DNA from: an uncultured Spirochaetota bacterium | Lineage (GTDB): Bacteria; Spirochaetota; Spirochaetia; Treponematales; UBA12059 | DNA length: 64,000 nt | NCBI GenBank assembly: GCA_937873275.1 | Contig: CALMRC010000051.1 | Coordinates: 1,057 to 65,056 of the forward strand | Reading direction: 5' to 3' | Shown here: piece after piece, positions 49,191-58,479 of the stretch | Layout of the letters: each line of letters begins with the position of its first letter | Numbering within the stretch: position 1 is the stretch's first letter | Notes under the pieces: model-generated | Databases searched by the model: none | Seen by the model: only the letters and a program-made list of their open reading frames with translations | Told to the model about the DNA's origin: nothing | Translations under genes and position numbers: made by a program

Positions 49191-49302
49191 CACCTCGCCC
49201 CCGCCCGGACTTGCCGGGATAATCGTTGACCGGAAATTCCTGTCCCCCCCGTCCCCACCGCACTACAATTAAGGTCAGGATACCGTCCGGGAGGTGAACG
49301 GA

Positions 49303-49884
49303 ATGAACAGAGTTTACCGATGGGTCGCCGTATTCCTGGCGCTTGCGGCGGTCCGGGCGCCCGTCGGGGCGCAGGATGCGGATTCGGGGTTCCTGGTTCG
49401 GTTCAACGCGGGCCTGGACGTGATCGACATCGGCCTGGCCGCGGGAATCGGGGCGGCGTACCGGTTCCCGGGACCCGGGGGGATCGGGGAGGTATCGGCG
49501 GACATCTATTACGGCCCGTACTGGGAAACCTACACGGAGGGCGCCAACACCTTCGACTACTCCGAGACTCTCCTGATCTTCGCGGTCCGCGCGAACTGGC
49601 TCTTCAACCTCGAGGTCGGCGGGACGGGCTGGTACCAGGTCGCGGGTACCGGAGTCTTCGTGGGCAGCTATTCCTGGGAGAACTACAACCGCACGACGGA
49701 CTACACCGAAGGCAACGGGTACTTCGCCTCCGGCACCGTGATCAACCTCGGCATCGGGTACGTCTTCGGCCCGACCTGGGAAGCCCGTCTGGAAATACCC
49801 GTTCTGGTCTTCTTCGGGGAATACGGCGAGGCCGCCGCGGTCGCGATCCCGATCACCGCGGGGGTCCTGTACCGGCCCCGATAG
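49303..49884 (+). CDS. small secreted beta-rich protein, possible outer-membrane beta-barrel
   Basis: ATG 49303 lies 8 nt after GGGAGG. Signal peptide is MNRVYRWVAVFLALAAVRAPVGAQ. The body has alternating aromatic/Gly-rich strands. No family recognised. Confidence 0.5.
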   Translation: MNRVYRWVAVFLALAAVRAPVGAQDADSGFLVRFNAGLDVIDIGLAAGIGAAYRFPGPGGIGEVSADIYYGPYWETYTEGANTFDYSETLLIFAVRANWLFNLEVGGTGWYQVAGTGVFVGSYSWENYNRTTDYTEGNGYFASGTVINLGIGYVFGPTWEARLEIPVLVFFGEYGEAAAVAIPITAGVLYRPR

Positions 49885-49927
49885 GGCCCCGATCCTCGAC
49901 TCGCCGGGGCCCGGACTCCTACCGGCT

Positions 49928-50428
49928 CTAGCTTGCGCTCTCCAGGAGCTTCCGTAGGACGCCGTAGCTGATCACGTTGCTGATGCGTTCCACGAATTCC
50001 TGATTTTTCGGGTTGCCGCTCGCTATCCCGTTGCGGAGGATCACGGGAAGGAGGTCCAGGTCCTGGGCTCCCCGATAGGTCGACAGCACGCAGTGCTCGG
50101 CGCAGTAGCCCGTCAGGACGACGAGGTCGGAGCGGCTCTCCGTCAGGATCCGCGCGCAGTCCGTCTTGTTGAAGGCGTTGCCGTAGACCTTGTGGATGCG
50201 AGGCTCGCCCGGCTCCGGCTTGAGGGCGTCCAGCAGGTCGAAGCCCTCCTTGCCGGGCACGACGCCGTCCTCCTCGTCCCTGTGCTGCACCCAGAGGACG
50301 GGACCGCCGCGCTTGCGGAACAAGGGGAGCACCGCGTTGATGTATTCGCACGCGGTGTCCATGGACTCTTTCGTAGCCTCCCGGTAAAACGCTTTCTGGA
50401 GATCGATCACCATCAGGGCGAAGTTCAC
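49928..50428 (-). CDS. isochorismatase-family cysteine hydrolase (start uncertain)
   Basis: Contains FALMVIDLQKAF and the cysteine context LTGYCAEHCVLST. GTG 50426-50428 is chosen as start; the ORF-track start at 50575 overlaps tcdA. Confidence 0.7.
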   Translation of the reverse strand: MNFALMVIDLQKAFYREATKESMDTACEYINAVLPLFRKRGGPVLWVQHRDEEDGVVPGKEGFDLLDALKPEPGEPRIHKVYGNAFNKTDCARILTESRSDLVVLTGYCAEHCVLSTYRGAQDLDLLPVILRNGIASGNPKNQEFVERISNVISYGVLRKLLESAS

Positions 50429-50537
50429 GACGGCCTCCCCGCCCGCGTCCGCGCGGGCACACCCAGTATCGCACGGTTGTCCCCTCCGGTCCACGGAGGA
50501 TCCGGCGGGCCGCCTGGAACGGGCTCCCCGACTCCGG

Positions 50538-50543
50538 TATACT
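50538..50543 (+). promoter_or_regulatory. -10 box TATACT 6 nt before tcdA ATG (leaderless geometry)
   Basis: GGTATACTCTCCCCATG with no SD. Confidence 0.45.
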
Positions 50544-50549
50544 CTCCCC

Positions 50550-51305
50550 ATGCCCTTCACGGACCGTACCCGCATCCTCCTCGGCGACGCCGCCGTCGAC
50601 CGCCTGGCCGGCGCCCGGATCTGCGTCTTCGGCCTCGGGGGCGTCGGCTCCGCCTGCGCCCTGGACCTGGTTCGCGCGGGTATTGGGAGCCTTTCGGTGG
50701 TGGATTTCGACGTCCTTCAGGAGTCCAACCTGAACCGGGTAGCCTACGCGTACCGGGAAACCCTGGGGCGGCCGAAGGCCGAGGTCTTCCGGGAGGCGGC
50801 TCTCCGGATCAACCCGGAGGTCCGGGTCGAGATCCTCGCCTCCCTGGTCCGGGGGGCCGAGGCGGCGGACCGGATTCCCGAGGGCTGCGACTTCTACCTG
50901 GACGCCATCGACACCCTGAATCCCAAGACCAACCTCATCGTGGCCCTGGCCGCGCGGGAGGCGCCCTTCGCGTCCTGCCTGGGCACCGCGGGACGGATCG
51001 CCCCGGAGCGGCTGCGCCTGTCCTCGATCTGGGAAAGCCGGGGCTGTCCCCTGGGACAGAAGCTCCGCCAGCGCCTGCGCAGGCGCGGGGTGACCCGGGA
51101 CTTCCCGGCGGTCTGGTCCGACGAGCCGCCCGTGCCGCCCGCCCTCCCGGAGGACGGATCCAAGCCCGGGGACGTGTCCGACGGCGTCCGGATCCGGGCG
51201 GTCCAGGGCTCCGGGCCCTTCGTCCCCCAGGCGGCGGGGCACATCCTGGCCAGCGTCGCGGTTCGGGCTATCTTGGGTCTTCCTTTCGGCGAACCCCGAG
51301 TCTAG
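50550..51305 (+). CDS. tcdA: ThiF-family tRNA threonylcarbamoyladenosine dehydratase
   Basis: 251 aa with Rossmann motif VFGLGGVGS. It has TcdA/CsdL-like length and pattern (SNLNR...DAIDT). Confidence 0.75.
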   Translation: MPFTDRTRILLGDAAVDRLAGARICVFGLGGVGSACALDLVRAGIGSLSVVDFDVLQESNLNRVAYAYRETLGRPKAEVFREAALRINPEVRVEILASLVRGAEAADRIPEGCDFYLDAIDTLNPKTNLIVALAAREAPFASCLGTAGRIAPERLRLSSIWESRGCPLGQKLRQRLRRRGVTRDFPAVWSDEPPVPPALPEDGSKPGDVSDGVRIRAVQGSGPFVPQAAGHILASVAVRAILGLPFGEPRV

Positions 51306-51363
51306 CCGACCGCGCGAGCCGCGAAGCAGCCTTTAATCGTATCAGGCAAACTCGACGAAGCCC

Positions 51364-51486
51364 GGGGAGTCCGATACGTCGGTTACGTATCGGACTCCCC
51401 TTGCAGTTTCTGGCGTTCTCCATGAGAACACCAGAAACTGCACGACTGGAACCAGCTGTCCAAAAGCCAACTGGGCTTTTGGACAG
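51364..51486. terminator. three consecutive strong hairpins between convergent tcdA and ahcY
   Basis: Hairpin A (51364-51400) has a 16-bp perfect stem. Hairpin B (51404-51440) has a 17-bp stem with one C.A mismatch. Hairpin C (51456-51486) has a 13-bp perfect stem. All were paired by hand. Confidence 0.55.
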
Positions 51487-51491
51487 CGACG

Positions 51492-52721
51492 CTATTCCCA
51501 GCTCGCCAGGTAGGCTTCCTGCTCCTGGGTGAGGGTGTCGATGGTGATGCCCGTCGCGGCCAGCTTCAGGGCCGCGACCCGGCGATCCACCTCCCCGGGC
51601 ACGGGATGCACGATCTTCGAAAGCCCGCTCCCCATTTCCAATCCGTAGGCCAGGCAGAGGAGCTGGAGGGAGAAGGACAGGTCCATGATCTCCGCGGGAT
51701 GGCCGTCCCCGCAGGCCAGGTTCACGAGGCGCCCCTCCCCCAGGACGTAGACCTTCCGTCCCGTCGGAAGCTCGTACTCCCGGACGTTGGGCCGGACATC
51801 CCGGAAGCCCCGGGCGTATGCGTTGAGCTCCCGCATCTGGACCTCCACGTCGAAGTGGCCCGCGTTGCAGAGTATGCAGCCTTCCTTCAGGAGGCCGAAG
51901 TGCCGGGAGTCGACGATGTTCGTGTTCCCCGTGGCGGTCACGAAGATGTCGCCCAGGGCGGCGGCCTTCTCCATGGGCAGGACCTGGAAGCCGTCGAAAT
52001 GGGCCTCCATGGCCTTGATGGGGTCCACCTCGGTGACGACCACGTTGGCCCCCAGGCCCCGGGCCCGGAGGGCCAGGCCGCGGCCGCACCAGCCGAAGCC
52101 CGCCACGACGACGGTCTTGCCGCAGATCGTCAGGTTCGTGGTCCGCATGATCCCGTCCCAGCTGGACTGCCCGGTACCGTAGCGGTTGTCGAAGAGGCTC
52201 TTGGACTGGGCGTCGTTCACGGCGATGACCGGGGCCGGGAGTTTTCCCTCCCGGGCCAGGGCCCGGAGACGCTGGATTCCCGTGGTGGTCTCCTCGGTGA
52301 TGGCCTTGACCTTGGATTTCCCGCCCCGGCGGGCCAGGGTCACGGTCAGGTCGCCCCCGTCGTCCAGGACCAGGTCCGGATCGATGGCCAGGACCTCGCC
52401 GATGCAGGCCTCCTGGTCCTTCGGGGAGATACCGTGCCAGGCGAACACCTCGGCCCCGGTCCGGGCCAAGGCGGCGGCCACGTCGTCCTGGGTGGACAGG
52501 GGATTGGATCCGGTGATCGCCACCTTTGCGCCCAAGCCCACCAGGACCTCCGCCAGGTAGGCGGTCTTGGCCTCCAGGTGGATGGACATGGCCACGGATA
52601 CGCCCCGGAAGGTACCGGCGAGTTCCTTGGCCAGTCCGCTCAGCACGGGCATCCGGGGCTTGACCCATTCGATCTTCCGCCGGCCCGATTCGTGAAGGTT
52701 CGCGTCCTTGATCCTGCTCAT
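51492..52721 (-). CDS. ahcY: adenosylhomocysteinase
   Basis: 409 aa, beginning GRRKIEWVKPRMPVL, with an NAD-binding segment VVVAGFGWCGRG and an AhcY-like C-terminus. AAGGAGA RBS. Confidence 0.9.
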   Translation of the reverse strand: MSRIKDANLHESGRRKIEWVKPRMPVLSGLAKELAGTFRGVSVAMSIHLEAKTAYLAEVLVGLGAKVAITGSNPLSTQDDVAAALARTGAEVFAWHGISPKDQEACIGEVLAIDPDLVLDDGGDLTVTLARRGGKSKVKAITEETTTGIQRLRALAREGKLPAPVIAVNDAQSKSLFDNRYGTGQSSWDGIMRTTNLTICGKTVVVAGFGWCGRGLALRARGLGANVVVTEVDPIKAMEAHFDGFQVLPMEKAAALGDIFVTATGNTNIVDSRHFGLLKEGCILCNAGHFDVEVQMRELNAYARGFRDVRPNVREYELPTGRKVYVLGEGRLVNLACGDGHPAEIMDLSFSLQLLCLAYGLEMGSGLSKIVHPVPGEVDRRVAALKLAATGITIDTLTQEQEAYLASWE

Positions 52722-52757
52722 ATGTCGTCTCCTTGTGATTCGTAGATCCCCGGCGGT

Positions 52758-53924
52758 TCAGTCCCGGTCCGCCAGGTTGACGGTCCCGGCCAGGACGTCC
52801 TCGGTCAGGATCCGCAGGAATTTCTCCGGTTCTTCGAACATGGGACTGTGGGCCGAGTCTTCGAAGGTGTAGAAGCCCTTCACGGGCGCCGCCAGTTCTC
52901 CGAGGTATCGCTTCGAGAGGTCCCGGGACACGGTCAGGTCGTGGCGGCCGCTCAGGAAGTACGCCGGTATGTCCAGGGCACGGATCTCCGTCTCCGGCCG
53001 GGCGGTCAGGAGGCGGGCGCGCAGGTCCGTGGACCGGGCCAGGAAGGCCTTGGCCTTCCAGATGTCGGATTTTTCCCGAAGAGTGTAGGCCCGGCTGCGC
53101 CAGACCGGGAGGAAGACCCCGGTGATCACGGACTTCATGGTGTGGGTCGTCCCGATCCCGAGCTCGTGCATGCTCTCGTCCCGGAGCAGGGAGCCGGCGA
53201 AGGCCAGGAGGACGTCCGGGCCCGCCTCCAGGACGGGGTACTTCCAGAGCTTCCGCAGCTTCTTCTCGTTCCCCGCCTCCAGGTACCGGTCCACCATGTA
53301 CGAGTATGCCCGCTTCTCCGACTCGGTCTGGTCCGCCACCTGGGCGACGCCGATGTAGGCGAGGAACTTTTCCGGCTCCCGGGCGGCTGCCCGGATACCC
53401 AGGAAGCTGCCCCAGGAATGCCCCAGGAGGTAGATTTTGTCCTTCCCGAACCGGGAGCGCAGGTAGTCGGTCACTTCCAGGGCATCCGCGACCAGGCGGT
53501 CCACGGTCAGGGTCGCGGGATCCATCCCCGGCGAGTACGAAAGGCCCGCCCCCCTCTGCTCCCACCAGCAGACGGTGAAGCGGCTCTCCAGGCCGGTCGG
53601 GTGGAGCTCGTCCAGGAAGTACTCGGGCATGCCCGGGCCGCCGTGGAGGAAGAGCAGCACCGGGTTGGCGGGATCCGCGGACCGGATGAACATGCCCTGC
53701 CGGACGCCTCCGATGTCGACGAAGATCTTCTCGGAGATCGAGCCCGGCACGGGACGGCCGTCGGCGCCCGGTACGGGCATCGGCACCCCCGGGCTCCGGG
53801 ACCGCAGCAGGGCCCAGCCCCCGAGGCCCAGGGCCAGGAGCGCCGCGCACAGGAACATCAACATACGCCCCGCCTTCCGGACCGCCGTCCCACGTACCCG
53901 TCCCGAGTCCTTGGCGTCGCCCAT
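52758..53924 (-). CDS. alpha/beta-fold hydrolase with N-terminal membrane anchor/signal
   Basis: 388 aa with a hydrophobic N-terminus (MLMFLCAALLALGLGGWALL), HGGPG and a nucleophile elbow GHSWGS. Confidence 0.7.
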   Translation of the reverse strand: MGDAKDSGRVRGTAVRKAGRMLMFLCAALLALGLGGWALLRSRSPGVPMPVPGADGRPVPGSISEKIFVDIGGVRQGMFIRSADPANPVLLFLHGGPGMPEYFLDELHPTGLESRFTVCWWEQRGAGLSYSPGMDPATLTVDRLVADALEVTDYLRSRFGKDKIYLLGHSWGSFLGIRAAAREPEKFLAYIGVAQVADQTESEKRAYSYMVDRYLEAGNEKKLRKLWKYPVLEAGPDVLLAFAGSLLRDESMHELGIGTTHTMKSVITGVFLPVWRSRAYTLREKSDIWKAKAFLARSTDLRARLLTARPETEIRALDIPAYFLSGRHDLTVSRDLSKRYLGELAAPVKGFYTFEDSAHSPMFEEPEKFLRILTEDVLAGTVNLADRD

Positions 53925-53997
53925 CGTCCCTCCATTCTCAACCTGTTCATCGTTCCTCGATCCTTTTCATCCTGTCGGACCGATCCGGAAACCTCGG

Positions 53998-54597
53998 TCA
54001 GTTCTTCTTCCCCAGCCCGATCAAGTAGGTCTCGAAGCTCTCCGCCCGGCAGGCCTTGGGCTTGAAGCCCCGGGCGGTCTCGAAGCGGTCCTTCAGCGCC
54101 GCCAGGAGGTCCCGCTCCCCCCCGCCCTGGAAGAGCTTGGCCACGAGGTGACCCCCGGGGGCCAGGAGGGCGTCGGCGTAGTCGATCACCGCCTCCACGA
54201 GGGACTCGGACCGGCCGGTGTCCACGGTCCGGTCCCCGGTGGTGGAGGGCGCCGCGTCGGAGAGGACGAGGCCGTAGGGGCCCCGTTCCGCCAGGGCGGC
54301 CCGGACGGCGGGATCGTAGAGGTCCCCCTGGAGGAAAAAGAAGTTGCCGAAGGGAGGCTTCATCCCCAGGGGGGAGAGGTCCACGGCGGCCAGGAAGCCG
54401 GAGCCCTTCAGGAACCGCAGGACCCAGAGGGACCAGCTCCCCGGGGCGGCCCCGATATCCAGGACCCGGGTTCCCGGCCGGAGGAGTTTGAACTTCTCCT
54501 GCATCTCCGCCAGCTTGTACACGGACCGGGCCGGGTACCCCTCGCTCTTGGCCTTGAGGGTCCAGTGGTCCGGCTTCTCGTAGCTATTCCCCGACAT
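53998..54597 (-). CDS. rlmE: 23S rRNA 2'-O-ribose methyltransferase RlmE (FtsJ)
   Basis: Start ATG 54595-54597; the longer ORF-track start is rejected. Contains RSVYKLAEM and the SAM motif VLDIGAAPGSWS. Confidence 0.85.
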   Translation of the reverse strand: MSGNSYEKPDHWTLKAKSEGYPARSVYKLAEMQEKFKLLRPGTRVLDIGAAPGSWSLWVLRFLKGSGFLAAVDLSPLGMKPPFGNFFFLQGDLYDPAVRAALAERGPYGLVLSDAAPSTTGDRTVDTGRSESLVEAVIDYADALLAPGGHLVAKLFQGGGERDLLAALKDRFETARGFKPKACRAESFETYLIGLGKKN

Positions 54598-54644
54598 CGT
54601 CCGCCTTCCGCCCGGGGCGGGCCTTCCGGCCTTCTCCCCGATCC

Positions 54645-54653
54645 TGATAGAAT
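54645..54653 (+). promoter_or_regulatory. extended -10 TGaTAGAAT 5 nt before polyprenyl synthase ATG (leaderless geometry)
   Basis: CCTGATAGAATGCCCTATG with no SD. Confidence 0.45.
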
Positions 54654-54658
54654 GCCCT

Positions 54659-55696
54659 ATGCGACCCGAGTATACGGAAATCCTGGCAAAGATAGAAGCC
54701 GAGATCGCCCGGGAGCTCCCGGAAGTCCCCTCCGACGCGTGGCTGGCGAACCGCTTCGGCCCCCTGGCGTCCCTGCCGAGCGAGGCGGACCGCCGCGCCG
54801 TGACCGCCCCGGGACGGGAGCTCGTGCTCCGGGGGGGCAAGCGCTGGCGGCCCCTGCTCCAGGTCCTGGCCGCCCGGGCCTTCGGGCCCGGGGACTTGGC
54901 CCTCGCCCTGGCCCCCCTGCCGGAGATCGTGCACAACGGGACCCTGATCGTGGACGACATCGAGGACGGGGCGGAGGTGCGCCGGGGCGGACCGGCGGTC
55001 CACCGGGTGCACGGCCTGGACGCCGCGATCAACGGCGGGAACCTACTCTACTTCCTGCCCCTGGCCCTCCTGGAGGATCGCGTCCCGGACCCCGCCCTGC
55101 GCGCCCGGCTCTACGGGGCCTGCGCCTCCCAGCTCCGCCGGGTCCACCTGGGCCAGGCCCTGGACATCGCCTGGCACCGGGATCCGGGACGCCTGCCCTC
55201 GGAGCCGGAGTACCTCCTGATGTGCTCCCTGAAGACCGGGGCCCTCTCCGGCCTGGCCGCCCGGATCGGCTCCCTCTGCGGGGGCGCCCCGGACGCCGCG
55301 GCGGACGCCCTGGTCCGGGCCTTCGAGGAGGCCGGGGTGGCCTTCCAGATCCTGGACGACGTGCGGAACCTCCGGACCGGGAATCCCGGCAAGGAGCGGG
55401 GGGACGACATCGTGGAGGGGAAGAAGAGCCTCCCGGTCCTCCGGGCCTGCGCCCGGGACCCGTCCTTGGCGGAACGCCTGCCGGACCTCTTCGGACGGGC
55501 CCGGGCCGGGGGCGTCCGGGACCCCGCGGTGGAGGAGGCCATCGCCGCGATCGCAGGGACCGGGGCCCTGGAGGAGTCCGAGGCCGAGGCGGCCGGGCTC
55601 CTGGCCCGGGCGGAGGCGGCCGCCGGGAAGGCCTGCCCTCCCGGCCCGGGCCGGGAGTCCCTGCTGGGGATCTTCCCCCTGCTGGCGGGGAGGTGA
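54659..55696 (+). CDS. polyprenyl diphosphate synthase (trans-isoprenyl diphosphate synthase family)
   Basis: 345 aa with two Asp-rich motifs, LIVDDIEDG and FQILDDVRN. Confidence 0.85.
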   Translation: MRPEYTEILAKIEAEIARELPEVPSDAWLANRFGPLASLPSEADRRAVTAPGRELVLRGGKRWRPLLQVLAARAFGPGDLALALAPLPEIVHNGTLIVDDIEDGAEVRRGGPAVHRVHGLDAAINGGNLLYFLPLALLEDRVPDPALRARLYGACASQLRRVHLGQALDIAWHRDPGRLPSEPEYLLMCSLKTGALSGLAARIGSLCGGAPDAAADALVRAFEEAGVAFQILDDVRNLRTGNPGKERGDDIVEGKKSLPVLRACARDPSLAERLPDLFGRARAGGVRDPAVEEAIAAIAGTGALEESEAEAAGLLARAEAAAGKACPPGPGRESLLGIFPLLAGR

Positions 55697-55729
55697 GGCC
55701 CCGCTAAGGATTCCCCCCGAGGCGGGAGT

Positions 55730-56941
55730 TCACGTTCCCGCGCGCGCCCGCGCCACGATCGCCCGGAAGTCCTCGTCCCCGACCAGGCCCCGCCGCTCGT
55801 TCCCCAGGCGCTTCACCTCCGCCAGCACCGCGGCGGCCGCCTCCTCGTCCAGGTCCCCGAGGCCGAGCTCGGCGAGCTTGTAGGTCACGGAGGGCTTGCC
55901 GCTCTTCTTGCCCAGGACGATCTTGCCCTTCCGCCCGGTGAGGGCCGGATGGGTGGCGAACATGGCCAGGGGTTCCTCCACGACCAGGTTGACCCCGATC
56001 CCGGACTCCCGGGTGTAGTTCTCCGAGCCGACCACCGGCTTGTTCTGGGCGAGCCGCACGCCGGAGATCTCCTGGACCAGGGCGGATAGGTCCATGAGGG
56101 CCGAAGGGTCGCAGCCCGTGCCCTCCCCGTACAGGAGGTCCAGGGCCAGGATCAGCTCCTCGAGGGCCGCGTTGCCCGTGCGCTCCCCCAGGCCGTTCAC
56201 GCAGGAGTGGACCACCTCCGCTCCCGCCCCGACGGCGGCCAGCTCCGTGGCCACGGCCAGTCCGAAGTCGTTGTGGGTGTGGATCTCCACGGGCAGCCCC
56301 GTGATGTCCCGGTACTTACGGGTCAGGTAGGCGATTGCCTGGGGGGACGCGCAGCCCATGGTGTCCACGAGGCCCACGGAATCGGGGGGGGACTCCTTCA
56401 TGATGCCCGCGAGCAGGGCGTCCAGATCCTCCTCCCGGGCGCGGGTCGCGTCGTAGGGGAAATAGACGGCGTACAGACCCTTGGATTTCGCGTAGTTGAT
56501 GACCGGAACGCTCTTCCGGAGCACGTCCTCCCAGGTCCACTTGAACTGGTGGACGAGCTTGGGGTACCCGATGGGGATCTCGATGACCACGCCGTGGGCC
56601 CCGCACTCCACCGCCTTGTCGATGTCCTCGGTCATCGTCCGGGCGAAGGAGAATATCTTCGCCTTGAGGCCCAGGGCCGAGATCTCCTCGACGGCCTGGA
56701 AGTCCTCCTCGGATACCGCGGGCATGCCCGCCTCGATCCGGTCGACCCCGACGGCGTCCAGGGCCTTGGCGATGGCGACCTTGTGCTCCTTTCGGAACAC
56801 CACGCCGGGGGTCTGCTCCCCGTCCCGGAGGGTCGCGTCGTGGATCCGGACCTTGCCGGCCCGGTCCCGGCCCTCAAGCACCTCGGGCTTGAAGTTGTAG
56901 GGGCTCACCCACCATCGTCCGTCGCTCTTGTAGGAATCCAT
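55730..56941 (-). CDS. HMGL-like (homocitrate / citramalate / isopropylmalate synthase family) enzyme
   Basis: 403 aa with the motifs LRDGEQ and HTHNDFG and a TIM-barrel pattern. Substrate not assignable. Confidence 0.75.
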   Translation of the reverse strand: MDSYKSDGRWWVSPYNFKPEVLEGRDRAGKVRIHDATLRDGEQTPGVVFRKEHKVAIAKALDAVGVDRIEAGMPAVSEEDFQAVEEISALGLKAKIFSFARTMTEDIDKAVECGAHGVVIEIPIGYPKLVHQFKWTWEDVLRKSVPVINYAKSKGLYAVYFPYDATRAREEDLDALLAGIMKESPPDSVGLVDTMGCASPQAIAYLTRKYRDITGLPVEIHTHNDFGLAVATELAAVGAGAEVVHSCVNGLGERTGNAALEELILALDLLYGEGTGCDPSALMDLSALVQEISGVRLAQNKPVVGSENYTRESGIGVNLVVEEPLAMFATHPALTGRKGKIVLGKKSGKPSVTYKLAELGLGDLDEEAAAAVLAEVKRLGNERRGLVGDEDFRAIVARARAGT

Positions 56942-56968
56942 TCGTCCTCTCCTTTGCCGCTGATCGAT

Positions 56969-57718
56969 TCAGGCCGAGGCGCCCGAGGAATCCCGGCCCG
57001 GCGAGGCGGCGGCCGCCTTCCGGATCCGCTCCGCGACCGCGGAGATGTGTTCCCGCATCCGGTCCCGGGCCGCCGCGGCGTCCCGGTTCCCGATGGCTTC
57101 GCCGATCCCGCGCTGGGATTCGATGGTCCGGGCGGTCACGCCGCTCGCGGGAACCGTCGTCTCCCGGCTTTCCCGGAGTATGTCCTGCAGGGATTCCAGG
57201 ATCCTCTCGAGCACGGTATTGCGGGAAGCCCGGGCCACCAGGTCGTGGAGACGCAGTTCGCACCGGATGCCCCGTTCCCGGTCGACCCCCGAATCCTCGA
57301 GATCCCCCAGGACCCGCCGGAGTTCCTCGACCTCCTCGGCCGTGGCCCGTTCGGCGGCCAGTCCCGCGCATTCCGTCTCGATCACCAGGCGCGCCTCGAA
57401 GAGCTCCTGGAGCTTCTCCCGGTTCAGGAGGAGGGCGAAGGAGAGGTGCCGGGTCACGGAATCGGACACCCGGGAGGAGTCGATGACCATGCCCGACCCC
57501 TGGTCGACCCGCAGGATCCCGAGCATGTCCAGGACGCGGATCGCCTCCCGCAGGGAATTCCGGGAGATGCCCAGCATCTCGGAGAGCCGGCGCTCCGGGG
57601 GAAGCCGGTCACGCTCCCGGAGGTTTTCCGACTTGATGAGCTCGTAGATGCGGCCGATGGCCTGCTCCACGACGGACGTCTTCTTGATCGGTTCGACCAC
57701 GGCGTTCGACCCCTCCAA
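56969..57718 (-). CDS. GntR/FadR-family transcriptional regulator (start uncertain, TTG)
   Basis: Winged HTH is RLPPERRLSEMLGISRNSLREAIRVLDMLGIL, with a helical FCD-type C-terminal domain. It lies upstream of the HMGL-like gene. Confidence 0.8.
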   Translation of the reverse strand: MEGSNAVVEPIKKTSVVEQAIGRIYELIKSENLRERDRLPPERRLSEMLGISRNSLREAIRVLDMLGILRVDQGSGMVIDSSRVSDSVTRHLSFALLLNREKLQELFEARLVIETECAGLAAERATAEEVEELRRVLGDLEDSGVDRERGIRCELRLHDLVARASRNTVLERILESLQDILRESRETTVPASGVTARTIESQRGIGEAIGNRDAAAARDRMREHISAVAERIRKAAAASPGRDSSGASA

Positions 57719-57807
57719 CTCACCGTACCCTCGCCCTATCGAGTTGTCAAGTCATCCTACCACTTTATGCATTTGCATACCGTATCGCATCCCGCTAGAC
57801 TTGAACC

Positions 57808-58362
57808 GTGGCTACGAACACCCTCGTGGAGGCGGACATCTGGACCGTCGCCCAGACGGACCAGGGAAACGTGGTATTGGTGCGCCCCAAGAAGTCGGAA
57901 CTGGCGGTTCCCATCTTCATAGGCCAGCTGGAGACCCAGTCCATCCTCATCGGCCTGGGGCGGGTCGAGGTACCGCGCCCGCTAACCCACGACCTCCTCC
58001 TCTCCACCCTGAAGGCCCTGGGGGCGGACCTGACCCGCATCGAGATCAACGATCTCCGGGAAGGAACCTTCTACGCACGGCTCATCCTGACCCGGGAAGA
58101 AGAAACCCTGGTCGTGGACGCCCGGCCCTCGGACGCCATCGCCGCGGCGGTCCGGGCGGGCTGCCCGGTCTTCATCGCCGAGGCCATCGTGGAGGAGGCG
58201 GGTATCTCGGTGAACCTGGTCTCCGAATCCTCCAAGCTCGAGGCCTCGGGATCCGAGGACGAGAAGGAACGGCTTCGCAAGGAGCTGGAGGAGGCCATCG
58301 CCGAGGAGGACTACGAACGGGCCGCCCTGCTCCGGGACAAGCTCAAGGACCTGGAGGGCTGA
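57808..58362 (+). CDS. bifunctional nuclease (DUF151) with C-terminal UVR motif
   Basis: 184 aa with a GTG start. Core is VPIFIGQLETQSILIGL...THDLL and the C-terminal UVR-like segment is EEDYERAALLRDKLKDLE. Confidence 0.7.
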   Translation: MATNTLVEADIWTVAQTDQGNVVLVRPKKSELAVPIFIGQLETQSILIGLGRVEVPRPLTHDLLLSTLKALGADLTRIEINDLREGTFYARLILTREEETLVVDARPSDAIAAAVRAGCPVFIAEAIVEEAGISVNLVSESSKLEASGSEDEKERLRKELEEAIAEEDYERAALLRDKLKDLEG

Positions 58363-58479
58363 ACCCGCTCCGCGGCGTCTCCCCTCGATCGGCACCCCTT
58401 TCACCCCACGGTTGACGAGCCGGCGCTCCCGTGAACATACTTCCGCTCCGAGGCCGATCGGCCGGACAAGGAGCACCCG

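Noticed and set aside
49009-49263. 84-aa minus-strand ORF reading through the 36-bp repeats (IICRRPGLY repeated).
   Set aside because: The region is AT-rich with atypical codon usage for this genome and no RBS. The ORF starts right at the tatD stop. The reading frame stays open only because the period is a multiple of three. It cannot be fully excluded without expression data.
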